From: Octopus bimaculoides
Lineage: Eukaryota
Direction of reading: 5' to 3'
Length of the DNA stretch: 64,000 nucleotides
Assembly (NCBI RefSeq): GCF_001194135.2
Contig: NC_068984.1
Span: 28,623,821-28,687,820, forward strand
Made by a program: the position numbers and the translations under genes. Position 1 is the first letter of the stretch. Each line of letters opens with the position of its first letter. A model generated the notes under the pieces. It made no database searches. It was not told the origin of the DNA and saw only the letters and a list, made by a program, of their open reading frames with translations. Shown here one piece after another: positions 24,535 to 36,069 of this stretch.

Positions 24535-24815
24535 TGATAAACCCAGAAGGAGTTACTGAGAATGAAGACTACAAAATCCTGTGGGATGTAATGATTCAGT
24601 GTGACCATCAGATCAGATATCAGAAACTTGATATTGTTGAGGTGAACAAAAAAGAAAACCACTTGCATGATAATTGACATAGCATCCCCAGTGACAATAG
24701 GATCAAAGAGAAAGAAGAAGAAAAACTGAACAACTATGACAATTTGAAGTGAGAAATATGCAGGTTGTGGACAATGAAGAGAATGGACATGATACCAGTA
24801 GTAATTGGTGCACTT
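24535..24815 (+). mobile_element. R4/Dong-like LINE fragment (restriction-like endonuclease domain)
   Basis: Translation KPEGVTENEDYKILWDVMIQCDHQIRYQKLDIVEVNKKEN...MIIDIA...KEKEEEKLNNYDNLK*EICRLWTMKRMDMIPVVIGALK, which is a PD-D/KxxxY RLE pattern with frameshifts. Confidence 0.85.
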
Positions 24816-24844
24816 AAAAGTATATATGTGTGTGTGTGTGTGTG

Positions 24845-25085
24845 GAGGCACACTTAGTGGTTAGGGTATTGGACTCATGACTAAGATTGAAATTTCGATT
24901 CCTAGACTGGGTGACGTGTTGTGTTCTTGAGCAAAAATACTTCATTTCATGTTGCTCCAGTCCACTCAGCTGGCAATAATGAGTAATCCTGTGAAGGACC
25001 GGTGTCCTGTCCAGGTGGGGAATACATATGCCATTGAAACTGGGAAACCGGCCCTCATGAGCCTGGCCTGGCTCGAGAAGGAACT
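24845..25085 (+). mobile_element. tRNA-derived SINE (family C)
   Basis: tRNA-like head cttagtggttagggtattggactc...ttcgattcc, then ttcttgagcaaaaatacttc...ctccagtccactcagctgg. A homologue lies at 53437. Confidence 0.7.
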
Positions 25086-25339
25086 ATTTATTTATTTATT
25101 ATATATATATATATATATATATATTAGCAGCTAAGCCTGATTTCACCTGATCGGTTTGGATGATACACACACACACACATATATACACATACATACACAC
25201 ACAAACATATATAAATATGTATGTATGCATGTGTAAGTATATATATATGTACATATATACACAGTAGTTGGCGTAATATTAGCAGATATTTCAAACATTA
25301 CACACACAAACCAACTGGGTTTGGAAAAGATGGCAGGTT

Positions 25340-26470
25340 TCTGAAATGATGGGGAAAGCAAATAATGTTTCATAATGAATATGACAGAAGAATGTGAGTA
25401 AAATAGCAAATCCTCAGCGAGTACAAAAAGAAAATTGTTGGTGCATGGTTGGACTGGTTCCAGATGTAGATGGTTTGGTGCATGGCTGCATGGATAACAG
25501 ATGAAACAAAATATGCTAGATTTTGAGATTGTGCCAGGAAGTGCTCCTCCTGATGCCCTCTTATGAGTCCTCTCCTGTTTATTATAGCTTTGCAGGACAT
25601 AGCAAAGTAATTTAAGATCAGCCGCCCATGGGACTCCATATGCTGATAATCTAAATCTCATTGTTGAAGCTGCTGAGCAATTATTGAAGGTATTCCAATT
25701 ATAGAAGTAAGGCTTAAAATCAAGTTCACTACTGTAGTAAAGAAAGGTAACAATTTTATTGGTATCAGGCAAGAGGCCATATTCTATATGTGGAAAAAAC
25801 AAATTAGGTTGAAATGCTGCACTGTGTAGCAAGTCAGGCTAACTGCAAAGAATGACATTATATGAAGTAGATGCATAACAGTAGTTAACACAAGGAGCAT
25901 TTATGAAAGAGTTTTGAATACTCCAAAAGATCTGTAGAAATTGTTTATCGCTTTTATCACTAGGTGACCTAATTAATAGAGGAAGCATATGTTGCCAGAA
26001 TAAGAACTGACTGGAAAATGAGACCTATTACTTCTGTGGGTAACAGGAAATTCTGTCTGCAAGTGAAGAGTACAGTGCAGGAAAGTTTATGCAAAGTTTT
26101 ATCTTGTATGCTAATGCAATTCAAAGATGAGCATTCAAAGATGAGATTCTGTGAAATTTGGAAAGAAAAAAGTGCATGTTGAGATGAATGTGTAATGTTA
26201 GTGTACATGAATAACAGCACAAATGATCTGAAAGTAAAACTGGGTTAAAAGGAATCAGATGCCATGTGCAAGCTTGAAGACTGTACTGCTACAGGCATGT
26301 AATGTATGAAGAGGATGACCGCTGGGTATAAGGATGTGCCAAGTGATCCAAGTGGAAGTTCCTTGAAGAAAAGGAAAGTATGAAGAGTTATAAAGGTTGA
26401 TATCAAGAGGCCAAACCTTACAAAAGAAGTAACAAAGGCTTGCAACAATTGGTATGCTACAAAAGGCTCA
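25340..26470 (+). mobile_element. 5'-truncated decayed RTE-clade LINE (RT and C-terminus)
   Basis: Frameshifted motifs MSPLLFIIALQDI..., PW..YADNLNLI (YADD), a zinc-finger-like SGKRPYSICGK, and MLR*MCNVSV...LKGIRC..V...RL. Confidence 0.75.
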
Positions 26471-28569
26471 TCTCATTAATAAAGTACAGAAAACCAGACA
26501 TAAAAATGAAAGTGACAAAATGCATTGTTTTTATTGCTATGTTTATATAGAAAATACATACATACATATACCCAGGCCTATTCCCCCATTTTCTTTTTAG
26601 GAGTGGGTAGCCACAACAAGACACATACCAAGCATTCCATTCATTTCCCTGGTCAAAGAGGTGAGCCCCATCCTATGCTTGGGTCAAGGCATAGAACGGA
26701 ACTTCCAATATCAGCAGTGGGGCCCGACAGCATATGCTGGTTTACCCCCCGCCGCATCATGCTGGTTTCGTACCCCTTTGAGCAACATCAAATTCACTCA
26801 TCTGCCCACAAACACTATCCAAGCTTTCCTATCATTTATAAACTCTCTTGCCTCAAGAAGACATACAAAATATACATATATATATATATATAATATATAT
26901 CTACAATTATCATCATCATTTAACATCTATTTTTCATGTTAGCATGTGTGCTTATATGAGTCACATTTTTTATAAAACATTATCAGTAAAATACATTAAA
27001 GAGTGCTAGGTATAAAGACTAAATGAACCATAAATTTAAACAAAATGTAGAATTTTTTGTTTTAAAAGGCAATGCAATGAAGTATTTATATGCAATTGTA
27101 GAAAGAGACAGTGATAAAAACTAAGGTGCCTTTGTCCCAATGAATGCATGAAATAGTGGATGACAGCATCAGACAACTTAAAGAAATGTCAAAAGAATTC
27201 CCAATGATGGTAATAACATTGAATCCTCTTCTGAAATAAGCTTTCACTTTCTATTGTCTTCTTTTCTAAAGTTTTGTTTTAGTATTGTTATTTAATGAAC
27301 AAAGCAACAGATTCAATTTTGATCTGAAGCTGGACAACAAGGCTGACATTTGATTAACATTTTCATCAGATTGTATCATTTTAAAAGTACTTAATACCGT
27401 TTAGGCTCTTCTTTTTATCTATTTTCTGTTTGCTGTTTTTACTTATTTATTTCAAATCTCTTTGCATAAATAAAAACGAAATTGGCAACAGCTAGTCATG
27501 ATTGCTGTCATCTTGATTTGGGAAATCTGTTATTTATTTATTTCTATTAAATAGTATTTACATATGTACTTTATGCATGAATTTTCTACATCAATATTCT
27601 TTACTGTCATGAAATTATTTGTGTACTGCCATATTTACAAATGTCTTACATTAAAAGTTTAAAAACCATTAAAACAAAAAGATGAGAAACAAAGCACACA
27701 AAATGATATTCATACAAAAACGTGTAAAAAAAATGATATTCTTACAACTAAATGCCAAACAATACTTATTTCCATGGAACTGGATATACACACACACACA
27801 CACACACGCATGCACATGTGCACTCACACAAGTACATAAGTAGCCGGTAGTCAGTCTGGTTCCACTGTTCCAGGGTTTTGAAGAATGTGGAGCCACCTCT
27901 TAGCCACTATTGTTCTCAGATCTACTCCAAGTCAGGGTCCCAGCTATGGATTAACTAGCATATATAATGACTATACATCTGAGTGAGGAGACAGAAAAGC
28001 CTTTCGTTGGTGACTGGATGCAGAGTAAAACCACCAGGTGTGAGGGATTCCTCACTGTTGTTATAGCATCTCTGTAGGAGAGGGGCGTAAAACATGCAGT
28101 TTCACATGATTACTGGTCATTTCGCTTTGGCCTGTCACTAGGTATTTTTCATGAAGATTAAGAGAATGGTACTCATGGTGTACAAGCATTTATCACTATA
28201 ATCAATAACATACAGATGTCTCTTTATGATGATCCTATTTATCCTTTCATTCACATGAAGTCCTATGGCAATGGAAAAGTGGTGACATGTGCAGATGTAC
28301 CAAGTTGGAAGTACACAGAGTTACAGTTTTCATCTGTCACCTATGCTCCAGACCATGCAGATCTGCAACATGACTGAGTAGTCATCTGAGAGGTCATGGC
28401 TGGAAAGTTAGAAATGTTATCAAATCATACAAAAGCTTTGGTGTCATCTACTACAACCATGGGATAATAATTGCTTTGCGAGTGAAATCCTGTGAAGAGA
28501 AATTATGGGAAGTTCAACAAAAAATTTATGTGCTCATATATATATATATATGTGTGTATTTATTTGTGT

Positions 28570-28780
28570 GTGCATGTGCATATATACAGATGTACACAGT
28601 ATCCTACCTGCAAGTGATTGACGCAGGATGGGTTGAAATGATCATTGTGAGCAATAAAGTTTCTCATATATTCCATTTTCTAGCTGCCATTTGTTATATT
28701 TCCTCAACGTACACTGAGGAATTCCTGAGGTAGATCCAGCAATTATTGCTGGATCTACCTCGGGAATAGATCCTGACATG
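28570..28780. repeat. Unclassified repeat, with an inverted homologue at ~35500-35630 (possibly LTR-derived)
   Basis: The reverse complement of 28719-28737 (ggatctacctcaggaattc) matches 35515 (ggatctacttcaggaattc). Both are followed by agtgt..gttgag and ctttatt...catttcaa.ccat. Confidence 0.5.
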
Positions 28781-29332
28781 GATGACGTCAGGTAGCCATA
28801 GACAGTGAACGTGCTTCATTGGCTTACTACCAGCAACATATCCAACACTTAAATATTTACTTACATATGTACATATATCTTTTGCTGATGTACAACAGTA
28901 AAAGACATACACATCAGTGGGAAAACTAATAACTGGTGCTTCTGAATAAAAATACGTTGTGGCATTTGTTCTGCCTGAGTTACACAGATGCTTGTGTGTC
29001 ACACTCACTATCAGAAGTGCAGTGAACCAGTGATGGTTCTGTTGGAAATTTATAACCAATGGTGCTTGTTCACAAAACATCAGATGTAAAATAAATAAGT
29101 AAATAAATAGGTAGTGTTGAAATGTCCAACATATTGTATTATTGGAAGTAGCAGCATCAATATTATTTAGCTGTATAACTTCATCAGATTTGTTTCAATT
29201 CAGCTGTTATAGGTATATCTTGGATAGGGATGCACTCCACTGCACTGATTTGTACTATAGGCACTGTTTAAAGAATAAATCTTCAGTGATGCTACAATGA
29301 TCTGATGAGTTGCAGGACTCAGCTACTTCGAT

Positions 29333-29379
<47 letters not shown>

Positions 29380-29958
29380 TATATATATATCAGTTTGTAT
29401 GCAGTTTGTAGTATTTAATATAATTGAATGTTAAATGCTGCCTAACATTTCAGTTACTTGTTTATTTATATATTCAATAGCATAATACTTATCAAAAATA
29501 ATAGGATTTATTTAAGTATAGAACACAATATGCAAAAGTAAACTTTATATATTGGCTTCTAATGTAGCTTTTATATCTGGCTGGCATTGGTCTGGAAAAA
29601 AGGAGACCAAAAGCAGGGAATGGTAAGAAAAGCAGAAGAAAATAGGAAATGCCTAAACATGGATAATCTGCAAGTGGAATAATGGTGTAACATGAGATGG
29701 AAGAACAAGTCACTATCAAGTAGTTATATATGTGTGTGTTTACATTTACACACACACACACACACACGCATATATATATATATACACACACACACAGTCA
29801 TGTTATATTCCAATAGGAATGTGGTAGAGTACAGTATAAAGCTTGTCCACCTTCAGAATTTCCTTACTATCGGAAGTATTTTTATATAATTCCAAGTTTA
29901 AGTTTGGGCATTCGTGTGAATGTAAAATTAAAGAAATTGAAGGCAAAAAGAAGGAATA

Positions 29959-30430
29959 TGGTTGGACATTTATTTATTATTCACTACAATTGTTTCGATG
30001 CAACGTAGTTCTCCAGGAATATAAGTTTTTGATAATGCAACTGTTTGTTTGCATAATGGGATCTAGTTGTGTTTCCACAGGTGATATGAGTGTTGTTCTC
30101 CATTAGTTTAAAATCGTTGACTTCAGGACTATCTTCTCTGTCATCATGGTTTGAATTTAGTTAGAGGCTGATAGACTCATGATGTTTGCCAGAGTTGGTA
30201 TAAGAAGGTTATTATTAGGTGACAGTGTTGTTTCAAACTACAATGAAAAAAGAAAATGATCCTGAAGTGGACGATTTTAAACTAATGGAGATAACACTTG
30301 TATATTGCCTGAGGAAACACAACTAGATCTCATTATGCAAACAAACAGGTGCTTAATCAAATACTTGTATTCTTGAAGAACTACAATAGTTGAAACAATT
30401 GTAGTGAATAATAGATAAACTGATCAACCA
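29959..30430. mobile_element. Foldback element with ~170-bp inverted arms (possibly a Penelope-like inverted pLTR)
   Basis: The left arm 29959-30128 and right arm 30260-30430 are reverse-complementary at roughly 80% by eye, around a 131-bp spacer. No TSD is seen. Confidence 0.75.
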
Positions 30431-33400
30431 GGCTTGAGTTGATTGTACTATACTGATGAAACCTGAAACAGTTATTTCTTGCTCGTAAACAGAAATAGAC
30501 TTTTCTTAACCTAGCCTTGTAAATTGACTTACAGAGATTAATTCTTAATTTCTTAAAAAAATTACCTGTCCTTTTCTTTTAAAAGTAGCAAGCAATTGCC
30601 ACTAGTTTATTGTTTTCTTTCTATAACCAAGAAGGACAATTCATTTCATCAAGTATTTTTAGTGGACAGCATCCAATACATCCTTTAACACGGTTACATA
30701 ATTAGAAGTTGGTAATTTTCTCTGTATTTCTCTTTATATGTAAAAATCGATAGCTTTAGATATATATATTTTCCCAAAATATTTTTCATCATAATATTTT
30801 CTACTTTCATAATGTTTCAAACAACAGTTAATTTTTTAGAATTGCTCTATTTATATACAGAACCAGAAGAACATTGTTCTTGCTTAAGCATTTATTCCAT
30901 TTCCTGTAATAACTTTGGACATCATTCACCAAATTCATCCAAGAAAAGAGCAATAATTCTTTTGAGAATAAATATAAAAATATTTTTTTGTGGCAGATTA
31001 AGATTCAAAATATTCATATAAAAGTCTGATTATTAATATGGATTCGTTTTATTTTTTAATTTGATATGAAATTATTAAGAAAATTTATAAATCATCCACT
31101 TAAAATAGATGATTTATTTAAAAAAGAAATGAAAAATTCAAATATGCCATCTACTTTATATATGTGTCTATTAGTATGAATTTAATTTCCAATCACAAAA
31201 TATTGGACAAAAACTGAGATAAAATGAAAAAGACTTCTCTTGACAAGATAATCACAAAAGCTTGCTTCAGAATCTACCACCTACTTTCTTACAGTTATTT
31301 TCAGTTTTCTGATTCACATTTGGCTGGCAGAGCTAGTTAATTTAGTTGAAAAGAAGCTGAGAATATTAACTGTTTTCTTTTCCTTATTTTTTCCTATTTC
31401 AAGAAATATCATTTTTATTAACTGATTATGACACAGATGGAAACTTGTTAAATTCTATGAAGAAATAATGACTGTTTTTTACCATGTTACTTTAGTGAAA
31501 GAGTATCAAGTACTATATAATAGTTTGCTTGAATTATGATGATTAAGAAATAAAGAAATTATTTGAAAAATTACTCAGAAGTTTGCAATAGAAATATTAC
31601 TTTCCTTAAGTTCTATTTTAAGAGTATTTTCTTAACATTTATTTTCAAATATGACATTAAATAAACTGTTTAACATTATGTGTAACAATTTTGATAGAGA
31701 CTGATTTATGAAAGCAACAGATAAAGTTGCTAAGCTTAACTGAAATTGCATAGTTAACTGATTTCACTGACACCTATTCAAACCAGTATTTTCACTCTCA
31801 AACTTACCAATGTGAAGAAATGAGGCTTCATACTTAGAGAACATAGAATTAATAACTTAAATGTTTGGCTGTTACTGGTGACTAACCCCAGGTCAACCCT
31901 GACTGAGCAGATCTAACATCGATGATATTTCAGCCATAACCAACCATTCTGTTTTAACTTTAGATATAGTATATCTAAAATTTCATTATCTAATGTCTTT
32001 CCTTAAGATGATAGCAACTTTTTTTTTAGCAGCTTGAGCAAAAAAGAGACTTCCTCCTTTGGTTTGTAACTGTTTGGTGCTTATCAATTACAAATTTAAA
32101 TGTTAAACTCTTTATTGTATTTCTTCTTTCCAAAACTAAAAACAGATACTAAGAATAAAATTATGTTCATGGGATGGTTCATTATCATCATAATCATAGC
32201 AACTGGCAACACAATAATTACAAACATTTCCTTCAAATAAATCAGTATCATTTCAATGGCATGTCCAAATGATTCAAGACCCCAAGTTAAATGACCAGCT
32301 AGTCAATATAGACAGGATGGTGAACACTAGAAAATGAATTTGATTAATAAACATCAGGTGAGCCAGTAATTATAGATAGGGATATATCTTGTGAGTTACC
32401 ATCCATCCATCCGAATGTGTGAAATAAATTGTTGAAATGAAACTACTTGAAAAACCAAGTAAATCATACATGGCATCTTGTCTCTGCAATATATCAATGA
32501 TAGTCAGAAGAGCAATAACAAGAATTGTTCATCCCCATCTTTCACACAAAGCAAATAGCAAGTTTCCAACTAAAATATACAAGGTATTAAAGCCATGCCT
32601 GTAAAGTATCTATTTCAGTGTTTAATTTACCATCAAACTACCATTCCAAACTTAATGCAAGTGAATATTAAAATTTTTTGGTGACTTCATTCAGCTACTT
32701 TCTTTGATTATATTAAATGCACTGGTTGTTTAGCTGAAAGGATGAGATGCAGTATTATGTTGATTGGCATTATAGGTTCAAACCTTAGTCATTGCTATAT
32801 ACTGCCACATGAATCAGTGAACCTTTCTTCGAGATTAGCACCATTCTTAATTCACAGTTAAACGATAAGTAGCATAAAAACTGCCATCTGTAAAAATCTC
32901 CAATGATTCACGTTCAAATGTTTGAATCTGAAGAACTACCCAATACATCAAATGAGCAAAATGGAAATAAAATAGTATCACATTTAGACTTCTAAATCAA
33001 TAACATAAATAAAATTATTAATGAAAAAGGAAACCATTACTGTAATTGTATGTATATGAATGATTTTTACGAGCTATTTCAATGATTTTTATGTGCTATT
33101 TGATTTTGAGAACTTTAGCTAAAGAGTAATTTATGCGTTATTTGACATTTATTTACCTAAGCTAACATAAGTGGGATGATTTGGCAATATAAAATATATG
33201 GATAAGTTTGTATATAAATGTACACATGTAAATCTATCTCCAAAATTAACCACTAACACACTGTCTCAGTACTTTTTTTGATATGCATAGATGTACATAC
33301 AAACAGACACACATTTATGTAGGCATGCATGCATGTATGTGCATATACTCCAATGGAAGGAACGAAATTTGAAATCTGAAAAGACTTATTTGTATAAATT

Positions 33401-35251
33401 TGCATTTTTTATTTCATTATATCATAGAACTCAGTATTATCAAGTAGCATAGCAAAGCTAGCTGAATTACATCCCTTTGCTGGCAAACACCATCAGATGG
33501 CGATGATGGCTGAATTATGTCACTTTGATGACAGGCCAACAGGTGGCCTGACAGCCGATACCTATATATTCCAGTGTTTGCCCCACCTCAGCCTCTTTCT
33601 TTTGCCTAAAGGCCATAGACCACATGCTGTTAACACCATTCTAATGACATCTACTTAAGCCAATTTCTTAAGCCACAATGATACCTGCTATGAATTCCTT
33701 ACAGTGAGTGCCAGCTGTGAACTGAATGTGTTTTCTACTGTACACACATTTCTGTTACTTTCACAATCTTTTCCTGTGACTAAGTAGCTCATACTGGTCA
33801 TTCAAAGAGACCCAAGACACATGGAGACTTGATATTTTTTACATCATGTAAAAGCTGTGGATGTACCATCCTTTCTAATAAATTTTATTTATTATAGTAA
33901 AACAATCTTTATCTTTTTCTACACACTCAACATGCTAAAATCTCTTCCACCCTTTTTTTGTTCTGAGGTAGAATCTGTTGAAATCTGCAGTTGATGTCAG
34001 GATCTTGTGGATTTTTTTTATGTTGACATAATCATCTGATTATACTAATCATTATACTGATTTTTTTAATGTTTCCTCTATAGGCCAGTCAAGTATCCCA
34101 AATTTTGTTATCAGTATGAGTACTGCAAATGCATTTTAGGATATTGTTTTGTATTATTGTAAGCTTTTTAAGTTTGGTGTAATATTCTTTGATTACTTTA
34201 CCCTTGCTTATAGTACCTTTGTATGGTATATTTTAATCAATACACAGGTATTTGTAACAATCATTCAAGGACCAGAGAAATTAGAGAGAAACCACTGACA
34301 TAAGATTCAGAGTTTGGAGAACAGGTTTTCCATGTATGCATGTATGAAAGCATAAATTGTGAGTGTAAAAATGTTGAGAATTTGCTACAAAAATGCATTT
34401 TTTTTAAAGAACACACTCAGAAAAACATAAAAGGAAAGGATTTGGTCAATCATGAGCTGCTGTTGGCCTTATGAATTACATGAAGCAGGACTAAGTAACC
34501 TGATGAAATATTGTAATACAGACTTCAGTCCAACCCAAACAAACATGAACAAATAGTTTCTAGAGTAATTATGAAGATGATTAATGATAGTAGATGTAAT
34601 CTTACTGAAGTACAAAATACGAAATATATATAATAATGAAAATTTTATTTTTCTCTTTCAGACAGAAATGTAATTAAAATTGAAATAACTTTCCCATTCT
34701 TACCCGTCCTACACTCCAAAATATACTAAAGAAAAAGAATAGGTATATTCTCATATTTCAGTTTATTTTCCATCATATGTAAAGATAACTGTATGAAACA
34801 AGGAAAAAAAAAGTGATCGTATTTAATTGTAAATTTCACAGTTCTGTTGCTATGCAGAATCTGATGTTGTAAGCATTGTTGCTCAGTGAGCAGAAAAATA
34901 ATTTAAACAGCCTACTGGTGAGTTTGTGTCAAAGCATTGCTGGTTATTGTGTATATGATATGTCTTTTGTTATAAAGACAATGTATCAACATTTAGGAAA
35001 TTTAATGGTTAGTGACTGAAACAGTTACTGATAAATGTGTAGAAGCAATATTAATCTTAGTCACGCTACTGTAAGATGCAACATTTCTCATAAACTTCTC
35101 TTCATACTTTTAAATAGATAATATGTATTAGAATTATACAGGTCAGAAGGAACTTGCTTACAAAGATCAGCTATATTTTGTAGATAAATAATTTCCTGTC
35201 ATTTAACAAGGAAACTATTAATAAGTTATGATAGTTCAGAAGTAAATCCAG

Positions 35252-35300
<49 letters not shown>

Positions 35301-36069
35301 TACTCACAAAATTTAGCAGTCTTATCAATAAATTGTCTGTTTGTTAATCTTTAACTAGCCTTAAAATAATAACCACAAATTAATATTTTATATATGCATA
35401 TGTAATTTTTGGGACTAATAGGCATTTGTCAAATAGTGTGTTGATGTGTTGAGTAAAGCACTAGCATGGTTTGAGCTACCTGGTGCCATCCACAGTTGAG
35501 GTATATTTCCATTGGATCTACTTCAGGAATTCTGGAGTGTTAGTTGAGATAATAATTGATTAATGAAACAGAAGATAGATTTGGTATTAGTCTTTATTCC
35601 ATACAACAATCATTTCAATCCATTATGTGTGGGATCATGTGCATCATATTGTGTTGCATCAGTTGTGCAGTCTGGGTCACATCAGGGACAGGCATACATA
35701 AAGTGGTGTCCAGCTAAAAATATCGAGTTCCGGTAGTCATGTTGGTATTTACCTGTTTTATTAGGGAATGGGATTTTGCTATGATTGTCCTTATGTTAAA
35801 TATTCATAACAAATAATTATAAATATAAACATATAAATTATAGAAAAGAAAGAAGTTAGACAAAAGAAAGTGTGTGGGAAGGAATATAGATAGGATGAGA
35901 CCTATTAACAAAGGACTAAATACAGAAAAGGTGAGGCCTGTTAAGGAGGGATTAGACTGCAGTAAGTTGAAAGGGAGTGATGAGTACTACACTTGCTAAC
36001 ATGGGGGATATGGGATGTGTATGGGCACATACATACATGCACATATACTCACACAGAGGCGTTATGAAT

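Noticed and set aside
24845-24915. tRNA gene
   Set aside because: It has A/B-box-like motifs but no complete cloverleaf, and it continues into SINE body sequence.
25143-25832. 229-aa minus-strand ORF
   Set aside because: It is the antisense of the decayed RTE LINE plus microsatellite, with no domain motif.
27830-28480. Possible RTE 5' region/endonuclease (also the GC-richer tracts at 850-1500 and 4690-5330)
   Set aside because: These look like old TE debris, but no motif could be read with confidence in any frame.
29302-29338. Stand-alone hammerhead call at ctgatgagttgc...cgataacaat (and at 30453-30468)
   Set aside because: GAAA is altered or stem II is missing, and helices I and III cannot be built. 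Kept only as weak context for the foldback finding.
34820-34925. Plus-strand pseudo-exon (cag acceptor, gtgagt donor)
   Set aside because: Stops occur in all three frames.
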